DNA of 64,000 nucleotides from assembly GCA_015231405.1 (NCBI GenBank), contig JADGBR010000001.1, forward strand, positions 283,964 through 347,963, read 5' to 3'. The notes below the pieces were generated by a model. It had not been told where the DNA came from. It saw only the letters and a list, made by a program, of their open reading frames with translations, and did not search any database. This document shows, piece after piece, positions 20,665 to 30,251 of this stretch. Made by a program: the position numbers and the translations under genes. The DNA is from Candidatus Omnitrophota bacterium. Its GTDB lineage: Bacteria > Omnitrophota > Gorgyraeia > Tantalellales > Tantalellaceae. The stretch's first letter is position 1. Every line of letters begins with the position of its first letter.

Positions 20665-22059
20665 ATGGAGGACCAAAAAGAAATTATCTCTAGCACCTCA
20701 GTAAACGGGAAGCGTTTTACCGAGGAAATTTCCCGTCAAATGGATTTTATGGCTGACAAAGACTGGCAAAAGATCGAAGATTGGATGGTTAAAAAGCTCA
20801 AGAAGGGTACCGAAAATCTTCCATTGAACCCGGATCCGGCAGCCCTTCAAAGACATGATCTTGAACTTGATTATCAGGTCATTCTTGAGGAAGCCTCAAG
20901 GAACATGATCCGGTTCAAGAGCCCCGAACATCTTATTAAGATGATAATCCGGACAATAGACGAGCAGGTAAAGACATATCATACCGCGATGCTGGTTTTC
21001 TCCGAAAAAAAGAATTTTTTTATGCTTGTTGATTCAAAAGGGGCCGCAGGAGCAAAAATACCCATAGGTTTTATCCGCCTTAATTATGACAACCCGATGA
21101 TAAGGCTTTTCAGCGAGCGCATTAATTTTAAGATAACCGGCTCAGGCGCCATTAATAAAAAGGAACTGACGCAGCGTTTTAAGGGTGATCCCGAGCTTTC
21201 TGGTAATAAATCACTTACCTCCCTGATCCCTCTCGTCATAAAACAAATGGATCTTTTGAGAGCTGAGGTCAGCGTACCTGTTTATTACAAAAAGAAAATG
21301 CTCGGAATACTGCTTCTCGGCGGGAAAGTCTCCGGGAATGATTTTTCCAGACAGGAGATAAGTTTTTTCACGACTCTTGCCAATGACGTTGCAATGGCGC
21401 TCACCAACGCGCAGCTTATACAGAACCTGAGCGAAAGAGTCGATGAGATACACAAGCTTTACGAGAGAGAGCACCGGATGTTCCTCCATACAGCCATATC
21501 GCTGGCCGCCGCCATAGATGCCAGGGATCCATATACACACGGGCATACGGAAAGGGTCACACGATACGCACAGGCCGTAGCCATAGAGCTGGAAGAGTTA
21601 CCTGAGGCGCGAGACTATTTAAATTTCAAGGAAACTGTCCATGTCGCTTCTCTTTTGCATGACGTAGGAAAGATAGGCGTCCCGGACAGTATATTGAACA
21701 AGCCTACGGCTTTGACAAAAGATGAATATGAAAAAGTAAAGGAACACGCAGTGACCGGGGCTACCATCCTCTCGCCTATAAGGGAGCTCGGGCAGATCGC
21801 CAATGAGATCCGCTCTCATCATGAGAGGTATGACGGTACGGGATACCCTGATAATCTCGCGGGAGACCAGATACCATTTATTTCCAGGATAATAGCCGTT
21901 GCCGACACTTTCGACGCCATGACAAGCGACAGGCCCTACAGGCAGGGGCAAATGAAAGAGATAGCCGTTAAAACCATATTCGACGAGTCTGGAAAACAAT
22001 TTGATCCTATAGTTGTCAGCGCTTTTCTTCTCGCTTACCGGAAAGGACGGGTATCTTAG
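20665..22059 (+). CDS. GAF-domain HD-GYP phosphodiesterase (c-di-GMP hydrolase family)
   Basis: N-terminal GAF-like domain. C-terminal HD (LLHDVGK) and HHERYDGTGYP (HD-GYP) motifs. Confidence 0.8.
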   Translation: MEDQKEIISSTSVNGKRFTEEISRQMDFMADKDWQKIEDWMVKKLKKGTENLPLNPDPAALQRHDLELDYQVILEEASRNMIRFKSPEHLIKMIIRTIDEQVKTYHTAMLVFSEKKNFFMLVDSKGAAGAKIPIGFIRLNYDNPMIRLFSERINFKITGSGAINKKELTQRFKGDPELSGNKSLTSLIPLVIKQMDLLRAEVSVPVYYKKKMLGILLLGGKVSGNDFSRQEISFFTTLANDVAMALTNAQLIQNLSERVDEIHKLYEREHRMFLHTAISLAAAIDARDPYTHGHTERVTRYAQAVAIELEELPEARDYLNFKETVHVASLLHDVGKIGVPDSILNKPTALTKDEYEKVKEHAVTGATILSPIRELGQIANEIRSHHERYDGTGYPDNLAGDQIPFISRIIAVADTFDAMTSDRPYRQGQMKEIAVKTIFDESGKQFDPIVVSAFLLAYRKGRVS

Positions 22060-22084
22060 AACTCAGACGGTGACATTTAATTGA

Positions 22085-22630
22085 TCATGACACCGTTTGA
22101 ATTGAGAGGAATTCGGATTGATTTTTTGTATTGTTGGAGAAAGAGTGGGATAACGATGCGTCGAAATAGAGAGTGGCGCCCTGCTTTAGAGGATATTTTC
22201 TGCCGTTAATATTGATCTCGATCGCGCCTCGCGTCACATAAATGAATTTTTCGGAGCCGCGGTTATTTCTTTCCTCCTTTGACCCTGATCCCGGGCCTAA
22301 TTTGATAAGCATCGGTAACATTTTCTTATCAAGGGTATTGGAAATAAAAAGCTCCCTGGAGAGATTCTCGGGACCGTTAGAATGTTCGATCATTAGGGCG
22401 TGTTCCGCGGATTCAACTGTTTTCGTCCGGTCTTCCAAATTCCTGTAAAGGTCGGAAAGCGATACGTCTAATGCTTTACAGATCTGTTCATGGGATCCGA
22501 CAGTTCCCGTCATGCGGCCGTTTTCCATACGGCTGAGGGTCGCAATGGCTACGCCGCTTTTATTGGAAAGTTCTAAAAGGGTTAACCTTTTCTTTTTTCG
22601 GAGTTCCTTTAATGTGTGCCCAAGTTCCAT
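22085..22630 (-). CDS. XRE-family HTH transcriptional regulator with C-terminal cupin domain
   Basis: N-terminal HTH_3 (LKELRKKKRLTLLELSNKSGVAIATLSRMENG) and a C-terminal cupin_2 fold. This is the only minus-strand gene in the window. Confidence 0.75.
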   Translation of the reverse strand: MELGHTLKELRKKKRLTLLELSNKSGVAIATLSRMENGRMTGTVGSHEQICKALDVSLSDLYRNLEDRTKTVESAEHALMIEHSNGPENLSRELFISNTLDKKMLPMLIKLGPGSGSKEERNNRGSEKFIYVTRGAIEININGRKYPLKQGATLYFDASLSHSFSNNTKNQSEFLSIQTVS

Positions 22631-22821
22631 GCCGATATTATACTGGATTTTTAATAATGGTACAATTATCTTTATTAAAAATCAACATATCGCTTTCTAA
22701 AATAATTAAAAATCGTCATAAATATTTGTTTTTAATAAAAGCTTTATATATACTTTATAAAAAATTATATTCTAACTTTTTTAAACGTAAGTTACAGGTC
22801 TTGGAGCTCTAGGAGGTTCAA

Positions 22822-23010
22822 ATGGATAAGGGAGTGATGACCGTAAAAGAGGTAGCCGATTATTTGGGGCTGTCGACTATTTCCATATACAAGCACGCAC
22901 AGAAAGGTGATCTTCCGGCGTTCAAGATAGGTAATTCATGGCGTTTTAAAAGGGACTCTATCGACCGCTGGATAACTGATGATGAGCAAAGCCGTGGAAG
23001 ACTTCGTTAG
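22822..23010 (+). CDS. Small excisionase-family (HTH_17) DNA-binding protein, copy 2
   Basis: 62 aa. MTVKEVADYLGLSTISIYKHAQKGDLPAFKIGNSWRFKRDSIDRWI aligns residue by residue with copy 1. GGAGG SD upstream. Confidence 0.6.
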   Translation: MDKGVMTVKEVADYLGLSTISIYKHAQKGDLPAFKIGNSWRFKRDSIDRWITDDEQSRGRLR

Positions 23011-23045
23011 CATCCCGCGGTATTTTTTAAAAAAAAGGAGAAAAG

Positions 23046-24416
23046 ATGTATTTTGATATTGCAAAGATCGATGAACGGACCACCCCGAGGATAGATGCAT
23101 CATTAGGTTTCAGGGCGGATAAGATCAGCGGTCGTACGATCAATTTTAACGAGGAAGGAATATGTTTCTCTTCTCTGGAACCACTTGATAATGATATTTT
23201 CAGGGGGGTATTCATTGTCGGAGGGAAAAAAATAGATATCCCGATGAAAAAGGTCTGGGGTCGGCTGGAACAGGAGACCATGAAATATGTCTACGGAGCC
23301 AGATATCTGGATATTGTTCCCGTGGGTGCGCAGATCATCCGCAGGGAATGGATAATGAAAAAGATGAGGAATTATCTCAGTTCCATAAAAGACCGCGCGG
23401 AAAAGAAGATCGTGCTCTCATTTAGCAGGGAATTGATAATGTACATTCTCAGCCTTAACGATGTTTCTCTGAAGATCTCGAGTTCGGCTCTCGATATAAA
23501 TGCCGCTGACAAAAACGTTAAGTCTCTGACCGACGGATTCATGCAAAGAGCGGATGATTATATGAGAAAGATACGGAACAGGCCACTCGTAAATAAAGTA
23601 ATGGAGGAATTTCGTGAACTTACCGCTCCGTGGGCTTATAAAGCGTATATTGTTAAACGTTCTTTCGATAAGCCGAGAGGGTACCCGGGCGATTACAGGA
23701 TAATGGAATATATTTACGACGAGACCATTATGTCAAAGGATATCGGTCACTCTTTCGACCGTTATTTCCAGGGAAATGAATACGCGGTTTGCGTGAGGAA
23801 AAGGAAAGACCATATGAGGGAACATCTTAAAAAGGCCATTTCATTGTCGGATAAGAAAGGCTTTAAGGTTCTAAATATAGCCTGCGGTTCGTGCAGGGAG
23901 ATGCGAGAGCTCCTCTCGGATAAAATGTTCGTACACGATAACGGTCTCGTGGATAAGAATATAGAGTTCCATCTGCTCGATCAGGACACGGAAGCTCTTG
24001 GGTTTTCTATCTCATGTCTGGAGAAATATGACCACATCGTGAATATATCGACCCACGGGAACGAGATATTAGACCTTATTAAAGGCGTGAGCATTGACAG
24101 CCGTCCGAATTCCTTCGATATTATGTACACGATAGGCCTGGCTGATTATTTACCGGACAGGGTGTTGGGCAATTTTATTTCGGCATGTTTTGATAAATAC
24201 CTTTCGCCGGGCGGAGAGTTCGTGCTGGCGCATAAGGACATCTCAAGGTATAAACCGCTCGCGGCCAACTGGTTTTGCGATTGGAAATTCTATTCGCGGG
24301 AGAAATCCGATCTGAACGGTCTTATAACGAAATATTTGCCTCACGGAGAATACGATCTATCTTATGAACGCGATAAGACCGGGATCATTATTTTCGCCAT
24401 GATCAAAAAGAAATAA
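23046..24416 (+). CDS. PilZ-like N-terminal domain fused to a class I SAM-dependent methyltransferase domain (function unknown)
   Basis: N-terminus has RxxxR (RTTPR) and a degenerate D/NxSxGG-like element (NFNEEGICF). The C-terminal half carries MTase motif I (VLNIACGSCREM), an acidic post-I residue (LLDQD), motif II (FDIMYTIGLADYLPD) and motif III (LSPGGEFVLAH). Confidence 0.5.
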   Translation: MYFDIAKIDERTTPRIDASLGFRADKISGRTINFNEEGICFSSLEPLDNDIFRGVFIVGGKKIDIPMKKVWGRLEQETMKYVYGARYLDIVPVGAQIIRREWIMKKMRNYLSSIKDRAEKKIVLSFSRELIMYILSLNDVSLKISSSALDINAADKNVKSLTDGFMQRADDYMRKIRNRPLVNKVMEEFRELTAPWAYKAYIVKRSFDKPRGYPGDYRIMEYIYDETIMSKDIGHSFDRYFQGNEYAVCVRKRKDHMREHLKKAISLSDKKGFKVLNIACGSCREMRELLSDKMFVHDNGLVDKNIEFHLLDQDTEALGFSISCLEKYDHIVNISTHGNEILDLIKGVSIDSRPNSFDIMYTIGLADYLPDRVLGNFISACFDKYLSPGGEFVLAHKDISRYKPLAANWFCDWKFYSREKSDLNGLITKYLPHGEYDLSYERDKTGIIIFAMIKKK

Positions 24417-24421
24417 TTAAC

Positions 24422-26536
24422 ATGAACTACTTCGCATTCAGCGGTTTGGTCAACTTTATTGCCTGTGCGTTCCTAGGCGTATTTGTCTTTAATCAGAACA
24501 GGAAAAACCCGCAGAATATATCCTATTTTATCCTGAACGTCAGTGTCGCCGTATACAGTATAGGGTATTTTCTCTGGCAGATAGACTACCTCGGCGAAAG
24601 CGTTATATGGTTCAAGGTCCTGGTCGCCGGGATCATCCTGATCAACCCGTCATATCTTCTTTTCGTGTTCATTTTTCTGAATATCATCAGAAAAAAAACC
24701 CCGACCCTTCTGGTAATAGCCCTCGTTAACATTTTCTTTATCGCCGCCTGTGTGAAGGAATCTCTATGGTCAGGTTTCGTTCCTAAATTCGGCCTGGGGT
24801 TGTGGCCAGTACCCAGCAGGTTGTTTAGCCTATATCTTGTATTCTGGGCATTCCAATGTCTATACGGTTTTTACTATCTTGGCAAGAACCTCCGCGTGGG
24901 ATCACATAAGAGACGTCTTCAGATAAGGTACTTCACGATAGCTGCGTTCGTCGGATTCATAGGAGGTGCGACTAACTGGCCTATGTGGTATGGTCTCTAT
25001 TTCCCGCCATACCCTAACATCCTTATTTCACTATATATAGCTATAGTCGCGTACGCCATTGTGAGACACGAACTCATGGATATCGAGATCATCGTGAAAA
25101 GATCCATTGTTTTCGCCGGGCTTTTCTTTGTGTTGTATTCCGTATTTTCGCTGATAGTTTATATCAGCTCTTTGTCTTATGTCCGTTTTACGGATAACAG
25201 GTTCGTTTCTATCATCCCGTCGGTCATCATAATCATCATAATGTTCAGGCCTCTCGAGAAATACCTTATAAAGATCACCGATAATTACCTATTCCAGAAG
25301 AGATACGATTACAAGGTCCTTTTGAGGTCATTCACAAACAACCTGTTGTCCATAATGGACCTTAAAAAACTTATCATTACAGCGGAAGAACAGATAACCA
25401 GTATCGTGAGGATCTCTAACGCTGCTATCCTGGTATACGACCGCCATACGGATATCTTCAGCCTTTTTGCCGGTGCGGGCGACCTGAAGAATAAAGCTTT
25501 CACTCTGAAGAATACGGCCGAATTGTGGGACTATATTTTGAGGAAAGACGCTTATGCCGTGATAAGCAGCGAAAATAAGGAAAGGGATGATATCCCGGTG
25601 ATACTGGTTGACCTTATCAAGAGTCTCAACTCATCGCTCATAATCCCGCTTATATATCAGAATGACGTTCTTGGGATATTATCGCTTGGAATGAAATTAT
25701 CTGACGAGGAGTACTCACAGGAGGATATAGACATTCTTGTTCCCGTGTCCATAACACTTTCCATAGCGATAGCTAACGCGAAGCTTTTCGAGCAGCTATC
25801 GGAGACACAGGCTCAGGCGGCGCAGCGCGAGAAAATGGCTGTGGTCGGCACTCTTTCGGCTGGTATTAACCATGAGATATGCAACCCGCTTGGAATAATA
25901 AGGGGGCAATGCGAGGCGTTCATGCTGAACTATCAGGGGGGTTTTTACAAGAACAAAAGCGACAAGGAACTTTTAACGCGTTCGCTCGAGATCATGACAA
26001 AAGTGATCAGGGAGACAGAAAGGGCCTCCTCGATAACTCAAAAGCTATCCAGTTTTGCTAAGCCCTCAAAAGGTCAAATGAGCGCGTCGGTCTCAATTAA
26101 GAAGGAGTTGAAGGAGGTCATTGCTCTTGTTGAGCACGAACTCAAGATAAGCAATATCGAATTGAAAGACAATGTTCCGGATGATCTTCCAAGGATAACG
26201 ATAGACACAAAACAGCTCCAGGAGATACTATTCAATCTGATAAGCAACGCGGCCCAGGCTATAGTCGAGAACGGCGAGATAGAGATAAGCGGGACTTATG
26301 ACGCAGATAAAGTTACCATAAGGATATCCGACAACGGCCCGGGGATCAGAGAGGAAATACTGAAGAAAATATTTGAGCCCTTCTTTACGACAAAGGATCC
26401 CGGTAAAGGTACAGGACTGGGACTCTTCATTGTGAAGCAGATAATCGAAAAAAACAGCGGGATCATAACAGTTAACAGCGAGACGGGAAAAGGGACCGTT
26501 TTTTTGGTAATGTTCCCGTTCGTTGAAGGAGCTTGA
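24422..26536 (+). CDS. Sensor histidine kinase: N-terminal multi-TM (7TM-type) receptor, GAF domain, HisKA and HATPase_c
   Basis: About 7 hydrophobic helices in the first 230 aa. A GAF-like region, then the HisKA H-box (LSAGINHEICNPL) and N, G1 and G2 boxes (NLISNA, DNGPGI, GTGLGL). Confidence 0.8.
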   Translation: MNYFAFSGLVNFIACAFLGVFVFNQNRKNPQNISYFILNVSVAVYSIGYFLWQIDYLGESVIWFKVLVAGIILINPSYLLFVFIFLNIIRKKTPTLLVIALVNIFFIAACVKESLWSGFVPKFGLGLWPVPSRLFSLYLVFWAFQCLYGFYYLGKNLRVGSHKRRLQIRYFTIAAFVGFIGGATNWPMWYGLYFPPYPNILISLYIAIVAYAIVRHELMDIEIIVKRSIVFAGLFFVLYSVFSLIVYISSLSYVRFTDNRFVSIIPSVIIIIIMFRPLEKYLIKITDNYLFQKRYDYKVLLRSFTNNLLSIMDLKKLIITAEEQITSIVRISNAAILVYDRHTDIFSLFAGAGDLKNKAFTLKNTAELWDYILRKDAYAVISSENKERDDIPVILVDLIKSLNSSLIIPLIYQNDVLGILSLGMKLSDEEYSQEDIDILVPVSITLSIAIANAKLFEQLSETQAQAAQREKMAVVGTLSAGINHEICNPLGIIRGQCEAFMLNYQGGFYKNKSDKELLTRSLEIMTKVIRETERASSITQKLSSFAKPSKGQMSASVSIKKELKEVIALVEHELKISNIELKDNVPDDLPRITIDTKQLQEILFNLISNAAQAIVENGEIEISGTYDADKVTIRISDNGPGIREEILKKIFEPFFTTKDPGKGTGLGLFIVKQIIEKNSGIITVNSETGKGTVFLVMFPFVEGA

Positions 26537-26539
26537 ACT

Positions 26540-26914
26540 ATGGATAAACCGAAAATTCTAGCTATAGACGACGAAGACAATTACACCGAGATATTTGAGG
26601 AATATTTCAGCCTTCGGGGATATGATATCCGGGTCGAAACTGATCCTCGTAAGGCCATCGGATTTATCGGGAATGAACGGTTCGATGTCATCCTTGTGGA
26701 CCTTAAAATGGGGGGTGTTTCCGGGCAGGATATATTAAAAAAGGTGAGGGATACGGATGATCGGACCAAGGTCATAATTATAACAGCGTACATTCTGTCA
26801 GGAAAATCCAAACAGGAACTTTATGATCTCGGAGCTTACTCGATCAACAGTAAACCCATTAATAGCCTTGAAGAACTCGAGAACACCGTGAACAAAGCCT
26901 ATTCGGGGAATTAG
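26540..26914 (+). CDS. Stand-alone response-regulator receiver (CheY-like)
   Basis: Acid pocket DDE, the phospho-acceptor in VILVDLKMG, T in IIITA and the conserved K. No output domain. Begins 4 nt after the kinase gene. Confidence 0.8.
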   Translation: MDKPKILAIDDEDNYTEIFEEYFSLRGYDIRVETDPRKAIGFIGNERFDVILVDLKMGGVSGQDILKKVRDTDDRTKVIIITAYILSGKSKQELYDLGAYSINSKPINSLEELENTVNKAYSGN

Positions 26915-27009
26915 GATGCGGCACGATAAGCAGGGGACTCTTCGAAAGTAATCCACTCTGTTGCACCAAGGAGTTGTACAACCCTAACCGATATGTTAAA
27001 ATTACCCTC

Positions 27010-29799
27010 ATGAAGAAAGGTTACATAATCGTTAAGGGAGCTAAAGAGCATAACCTCAAGAATATCGACGTGAAGATACCAAGGGACACCCTTTGCGTTG
27101 TTACGGGTCTTTCGGGGTCGGGCAAGTCATCATTGGCTTTCGACACAATATATGCGGAAGGTCAAAGGCGTTATGTAGAATCCCTGTCAAGTTACGCGAG
27201 ACAATTCATTGACCAGCTCCAGAAGCCCAAAGTAGATCTTATCGAGGGGCTTTCGCCGTCCATAAGCATAGAGCAGCGGACAAGCGCTAAAAATCCCAGG
27301 TCAACGGTCGGAACACAGACCGAGATATATGATTACTTGAGGGTATTGTTCGCGAGGATAGGAGTTCAGTTATGCCCGAAATGCGGCCGTGAAGTTTCGG
27401 CGCAGAGCTCCCAGGAGATCGTGGAGAGGATACTGGGTCTTCCCCAAGGTGCAAAGATAACTCTTTTAGCCCCGATCGTTACCGGAAGGAAAGGCGAGCA
27501 TGTCGAAGAGCTTAAGAACATAAGGAAGAACGGCATAATCAGGGTCAGGCTCGACGGAGCTATCATCGAGATCGGTGATAAGATACCATCGCTCGACAAA
27601 AAGAGAAAGCATACCATCGAAGCGGTTATCGACAGGCTGGTGATCAGGGACGACGTGAGGTCAAGGTTGTCCGAATCGGTCGAGACAGGATTAAAATTAG
27701 GGTCCGGAGTTATCACCGTTAACAGTCTGGATGGTCCATCCGCCATCGGGAATGATATTTTATTCAGCGAAAATAACACATGCCATAAATGCGGTTTGAG
27801 CTTTGAAAAGCTCGCTCCTCGTAATTTTTCTTTCAATAGCCCTTATGGGGCTTGTCCCGCGTGCGCAGGGATGGGCAATAAGCAGGAAATAGACCCGGAA
27901 CTTGTCGTTCCCGATAGGACAGAGACCGTTATAAGAGCCTTTTCTCCGTGGAAAAAAGGCGGGAAAGGACTTGTGCTGTATTACAGAAAAGAGATACGCA
28001 CGTTCGCAAGATACCACGGCATAGACGTCGAGCAGCCTTATGAAAAACTGACCCAGGATATGAAAGATCGTTTTCTTTTCGGCGATCCGGAATCGGGTTT
28101 TGAGGGAGTCATACCTAACCTTGGGAGACGCTTCCATTCAACCGAAAGCGAGTATATCAAGGAAATGATCGAAGGTTATATGTCGATACATCCGTGCCCT
28201 GAGTGTAACGGAAAAAGGCTCAAACCCGAATCTCTGGCTGTCTACATAAACGGGAAAAACATCTTCGATGTAACTGATTTTTCCATACGCGCAGCGGGTT
28301 CTTTTCTGGCTGCACTTCGGCTTGACCCTGTAGAGAAAAAAATTTCGGAGGAGGTCCTTAAAGAAATTAAAGGGCGGCTCGATTTTCTGACAAATGTAGG
28401 GCTGGAATACCTGACGCTGGCCCGGAAAAGCAACACACTTTCCGGCGGAGAAGACCAGCGGATCCGGCTTGCCACACAGATAGGTTCCGCACTCGTCGGG
28501 GTTTTGTATGTACTTGATGAACCCAGTATAGGCCTTCACCAGAAGGACAACGATAAGCTTCTGGATACTTTGATAGCGCTCCGGGATCTGGGCAATACTT
28601 TGATAGTGGTGGAACACGACGAGGCTACCATAAGGAAGGCGGACCACATCATAGATCTTGGACCTGGAGCCGGTGAAAAAGGAGGAGAGGTCGTAGGGGA
28701 AGGCGCACTCAAGGATATCCTGGATAATCCCGAATCGCTTACGGGCAAGTATCTGAGGGGCGAATACAAGATCGACGTTCCGGCGGAGCGCAGGCAATCG
28801 GACAAGAAAAAAACTCTCACCATTCAGGGAGCGAGGGAGCATAACCTTAAGAACATTGACATAGATATCCCCCTGGGGGTCTTCAATTGCGTTACCGGAG
28901 TGTCAGGTTCGGGCAAAAGCACGCTTATACATGATATCCTTTACAAAGCTCTTTCATCGAGAATATACGGCTCTAAAGATATTCCGGGTAAACACAAAAG
29001 CTTGAAAGGTATCGGCAACATAGATAAGGTCATAGTCATTGACCAGTCCCCGATAGGAAGGACTCCCAGGTCCAATCCGGTCACATACACCGGGTGTTTC
29101 GACCACATTCGGAAACTTTTTAGCTCTTTACCGGGCTCCAAAATGAAAGGATTTGAGCCCGGGAGATTCAGTTTTAACGTCAAAGGCGGACGCTGCGAAT
29201 CCTGTTCCGGGGACGGCGTGAGAAAGATAGAAATGCATTTTCTTCCCGATGTTTATGTCACTTGTCAGGTATGTTCGGGGAAAAGGTTCAACGACCAGAC
29301 GCTCGAGATCCGTTACAAGGGTCTCAATATCGCAGATGTTCTTGATCTTAGCGTCGAGGACGCGATAAAGGTATTTGAGAATGTGCCGCAGATAAAGAAT
29401 AAATTATTGACCTTGTACGAAGTAGGTCTCGGGTATATACGTTTGGGGCAGCAGGCCACCACTTTATCTGGAGGGGAGGCCCAAAGGATAAAATTGTCGG
29501 CGGAACTTTCAAAAACCGCTACCGGGAAGACCCTGTATTTGCTGGATGAGCCTACGACCGGTTTGCATTTCGCCGACATACATAAACTGCTTTTGGTCCT
29601 GCAAAAATTAGTGTCGGCTGGAAATACGGTACTTGTCATAGAACATAACCTGGATGTTATTAAATCCGCGGACCATATAATCGACCTCGGTCCCGGAGGA
29701 GGGGACGACGGTGGAGAGGTCGTCGCTTCCGGAACCCCGGAAGAAGTCGCGAAAGTGACCCTATCTTACACGGGCCAGTATTTGAAAAATGTTTTATAA
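27010..29799 (+). CDS. uvrA: Excinuclease ABC subunit A
   Basis: Two ABC ATPase modules with Walker [10 protein letters not shown] and GVSGSGKST, plus zinc-finger CxxC pairs. Start is probably the ATG at 27010 ([18 protein letters not shown]); the ORF-track start at 26974 is an extension. Confidence 0.95.
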   Translation: MKKGYIIVKGAKEHNLKNIDVKIPRDTLCVVTGLSGSGKSSLAFDTIYAEGQRRYVESLSSYARQFIDQLQKPKVDLIEGLSPSISIEQRTSAKNPRSTVGTQTEIYDYLRVLFARIGVQLCPKCGREVSAQSSQEIVERILGLPQGAKITLLAPIVTGRKGEHVEELKNIRKNGIIRVRLDGAIIEIGDKIPSLDKKRKHTIEAVIDRLVIRDDVRSRLSESVETGLKLGSGVITVNSLDGPSAIGNDILFSENNTCHKCGLSFEKLAPRNFSFNSPYGACPACAGMGNKQEIDPELVVPDRTETVIRAFSPWKKGGKGLVLYYRKEIRTFARYHGIDVEQPYEKLTQDMKDRFLFGDPESGFEGVIPNLGRRFHSTESEYIKEMIEGYMSIHPCPECNGKRLKPESLAVYINGKNIFDVTDFSIRAAGSFLAALRLDPVEKKISEEVLKEIKGRLDFLTNVGLEYLTLARKSNTLSGGEDQRIRLATQIGSALVGVLYVLDEPSIGLHQKDNDKLLDTLIALRDLGNTLIVVEHDEATIRKADHIIDLGPGAGEKGGEVVGEGALKDILDNPESLTGKYLRGEYKIDVPAERRQSDKKKTLTIQGAREHNLKNIDIDIPLGVFNCVTGVSGSGKSTLIHDILYKALSSRIYGSKDIPGKHKSLKGIGNIDKVIVIDQSPIGRTPRSNPVTYTGCFDHIRKLFSSLPGSKMKGFEPGRFSFNVKGGRCESCSGDGVRKIEMHFLPDVYVTCQVCSGKRFNDQTLEIRYKGLNIADVLDLSVEDAIKVFENVPQIKNKLLTLYEVGLGYIRLGQQATTLSGGEAQRIKLSAELSKTATGKTLYLLDEPTTGLHFADIHKLLLVLQKLVSAGNTVLVIEHNLDVIKSADHIIDLGPGGGDDGGEVVASGTPEEVAKVTLSYTGQYLKNVL

Positions 29800-29825
29800 T
29801 TTACAACAATTAAAGGACCGGAATT

Positions 29826-30251
29826 ATGATAAAAACGACCATAGGCGATATAATGACCGAACATGTCGTAAAAATATCGGATAACGCTAAGATAATGCAC
29901 GCCGCTCATATACTTTTACGGTTCAGGATAAACGGTGTCCTTATAGTCAGCTCTAAAAACGCGAACGAGATAAAAGGCGTCGTCACGACGACCGATCTTC
30001 TTAAAGTTCTTGATGAGTGTCTCCACGAAAAGGATAACTGGGAAGAGAAACTTGAGACGATATCATTAAAACCCGTGACAGCCATAGCTTCACACAGCGT
30101 TGTATCGGTCCAGAAGACTGATGGGATCCTTGTGGCTCTGGACCTTATGCATAAAAAAAGGATACATACGATACCGGTTTATGACGGCGATAAGCTTGTA
30201 GGGATCGTGGGGCGTCACGATATTATTAATATCGCTTTCTATGTGAGTTGA
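29826..30251 (+). CDS. CBS-domain pair protein
   Basis: Two CBS motifs. 141 aa. Confidence 0.7.
   Translation: MIKTTIGDIMTEHVVKISDNAKIMHAAHILLRFRINGVLIVSSKNANEIKGVVTTTDLLKVLDECLHEKDNWEEKLETISLKPVTAIASHSVVSVQKTDGILVALDLMHKKRIHTIPVYDGDKLVGIVGRHDIINIAFYVS

Noticed and set aside
20282-26914. Interpreting the Xis-like HTH genes as evidence of a prophage or integrative element
   Set aside because: There is no integrase, recombinase, transposase or phage structural gene, and no flanking direct repeats or tRNA. The block is more plausibly a chromosomal signalling locus with dedicated small HTH regulators.
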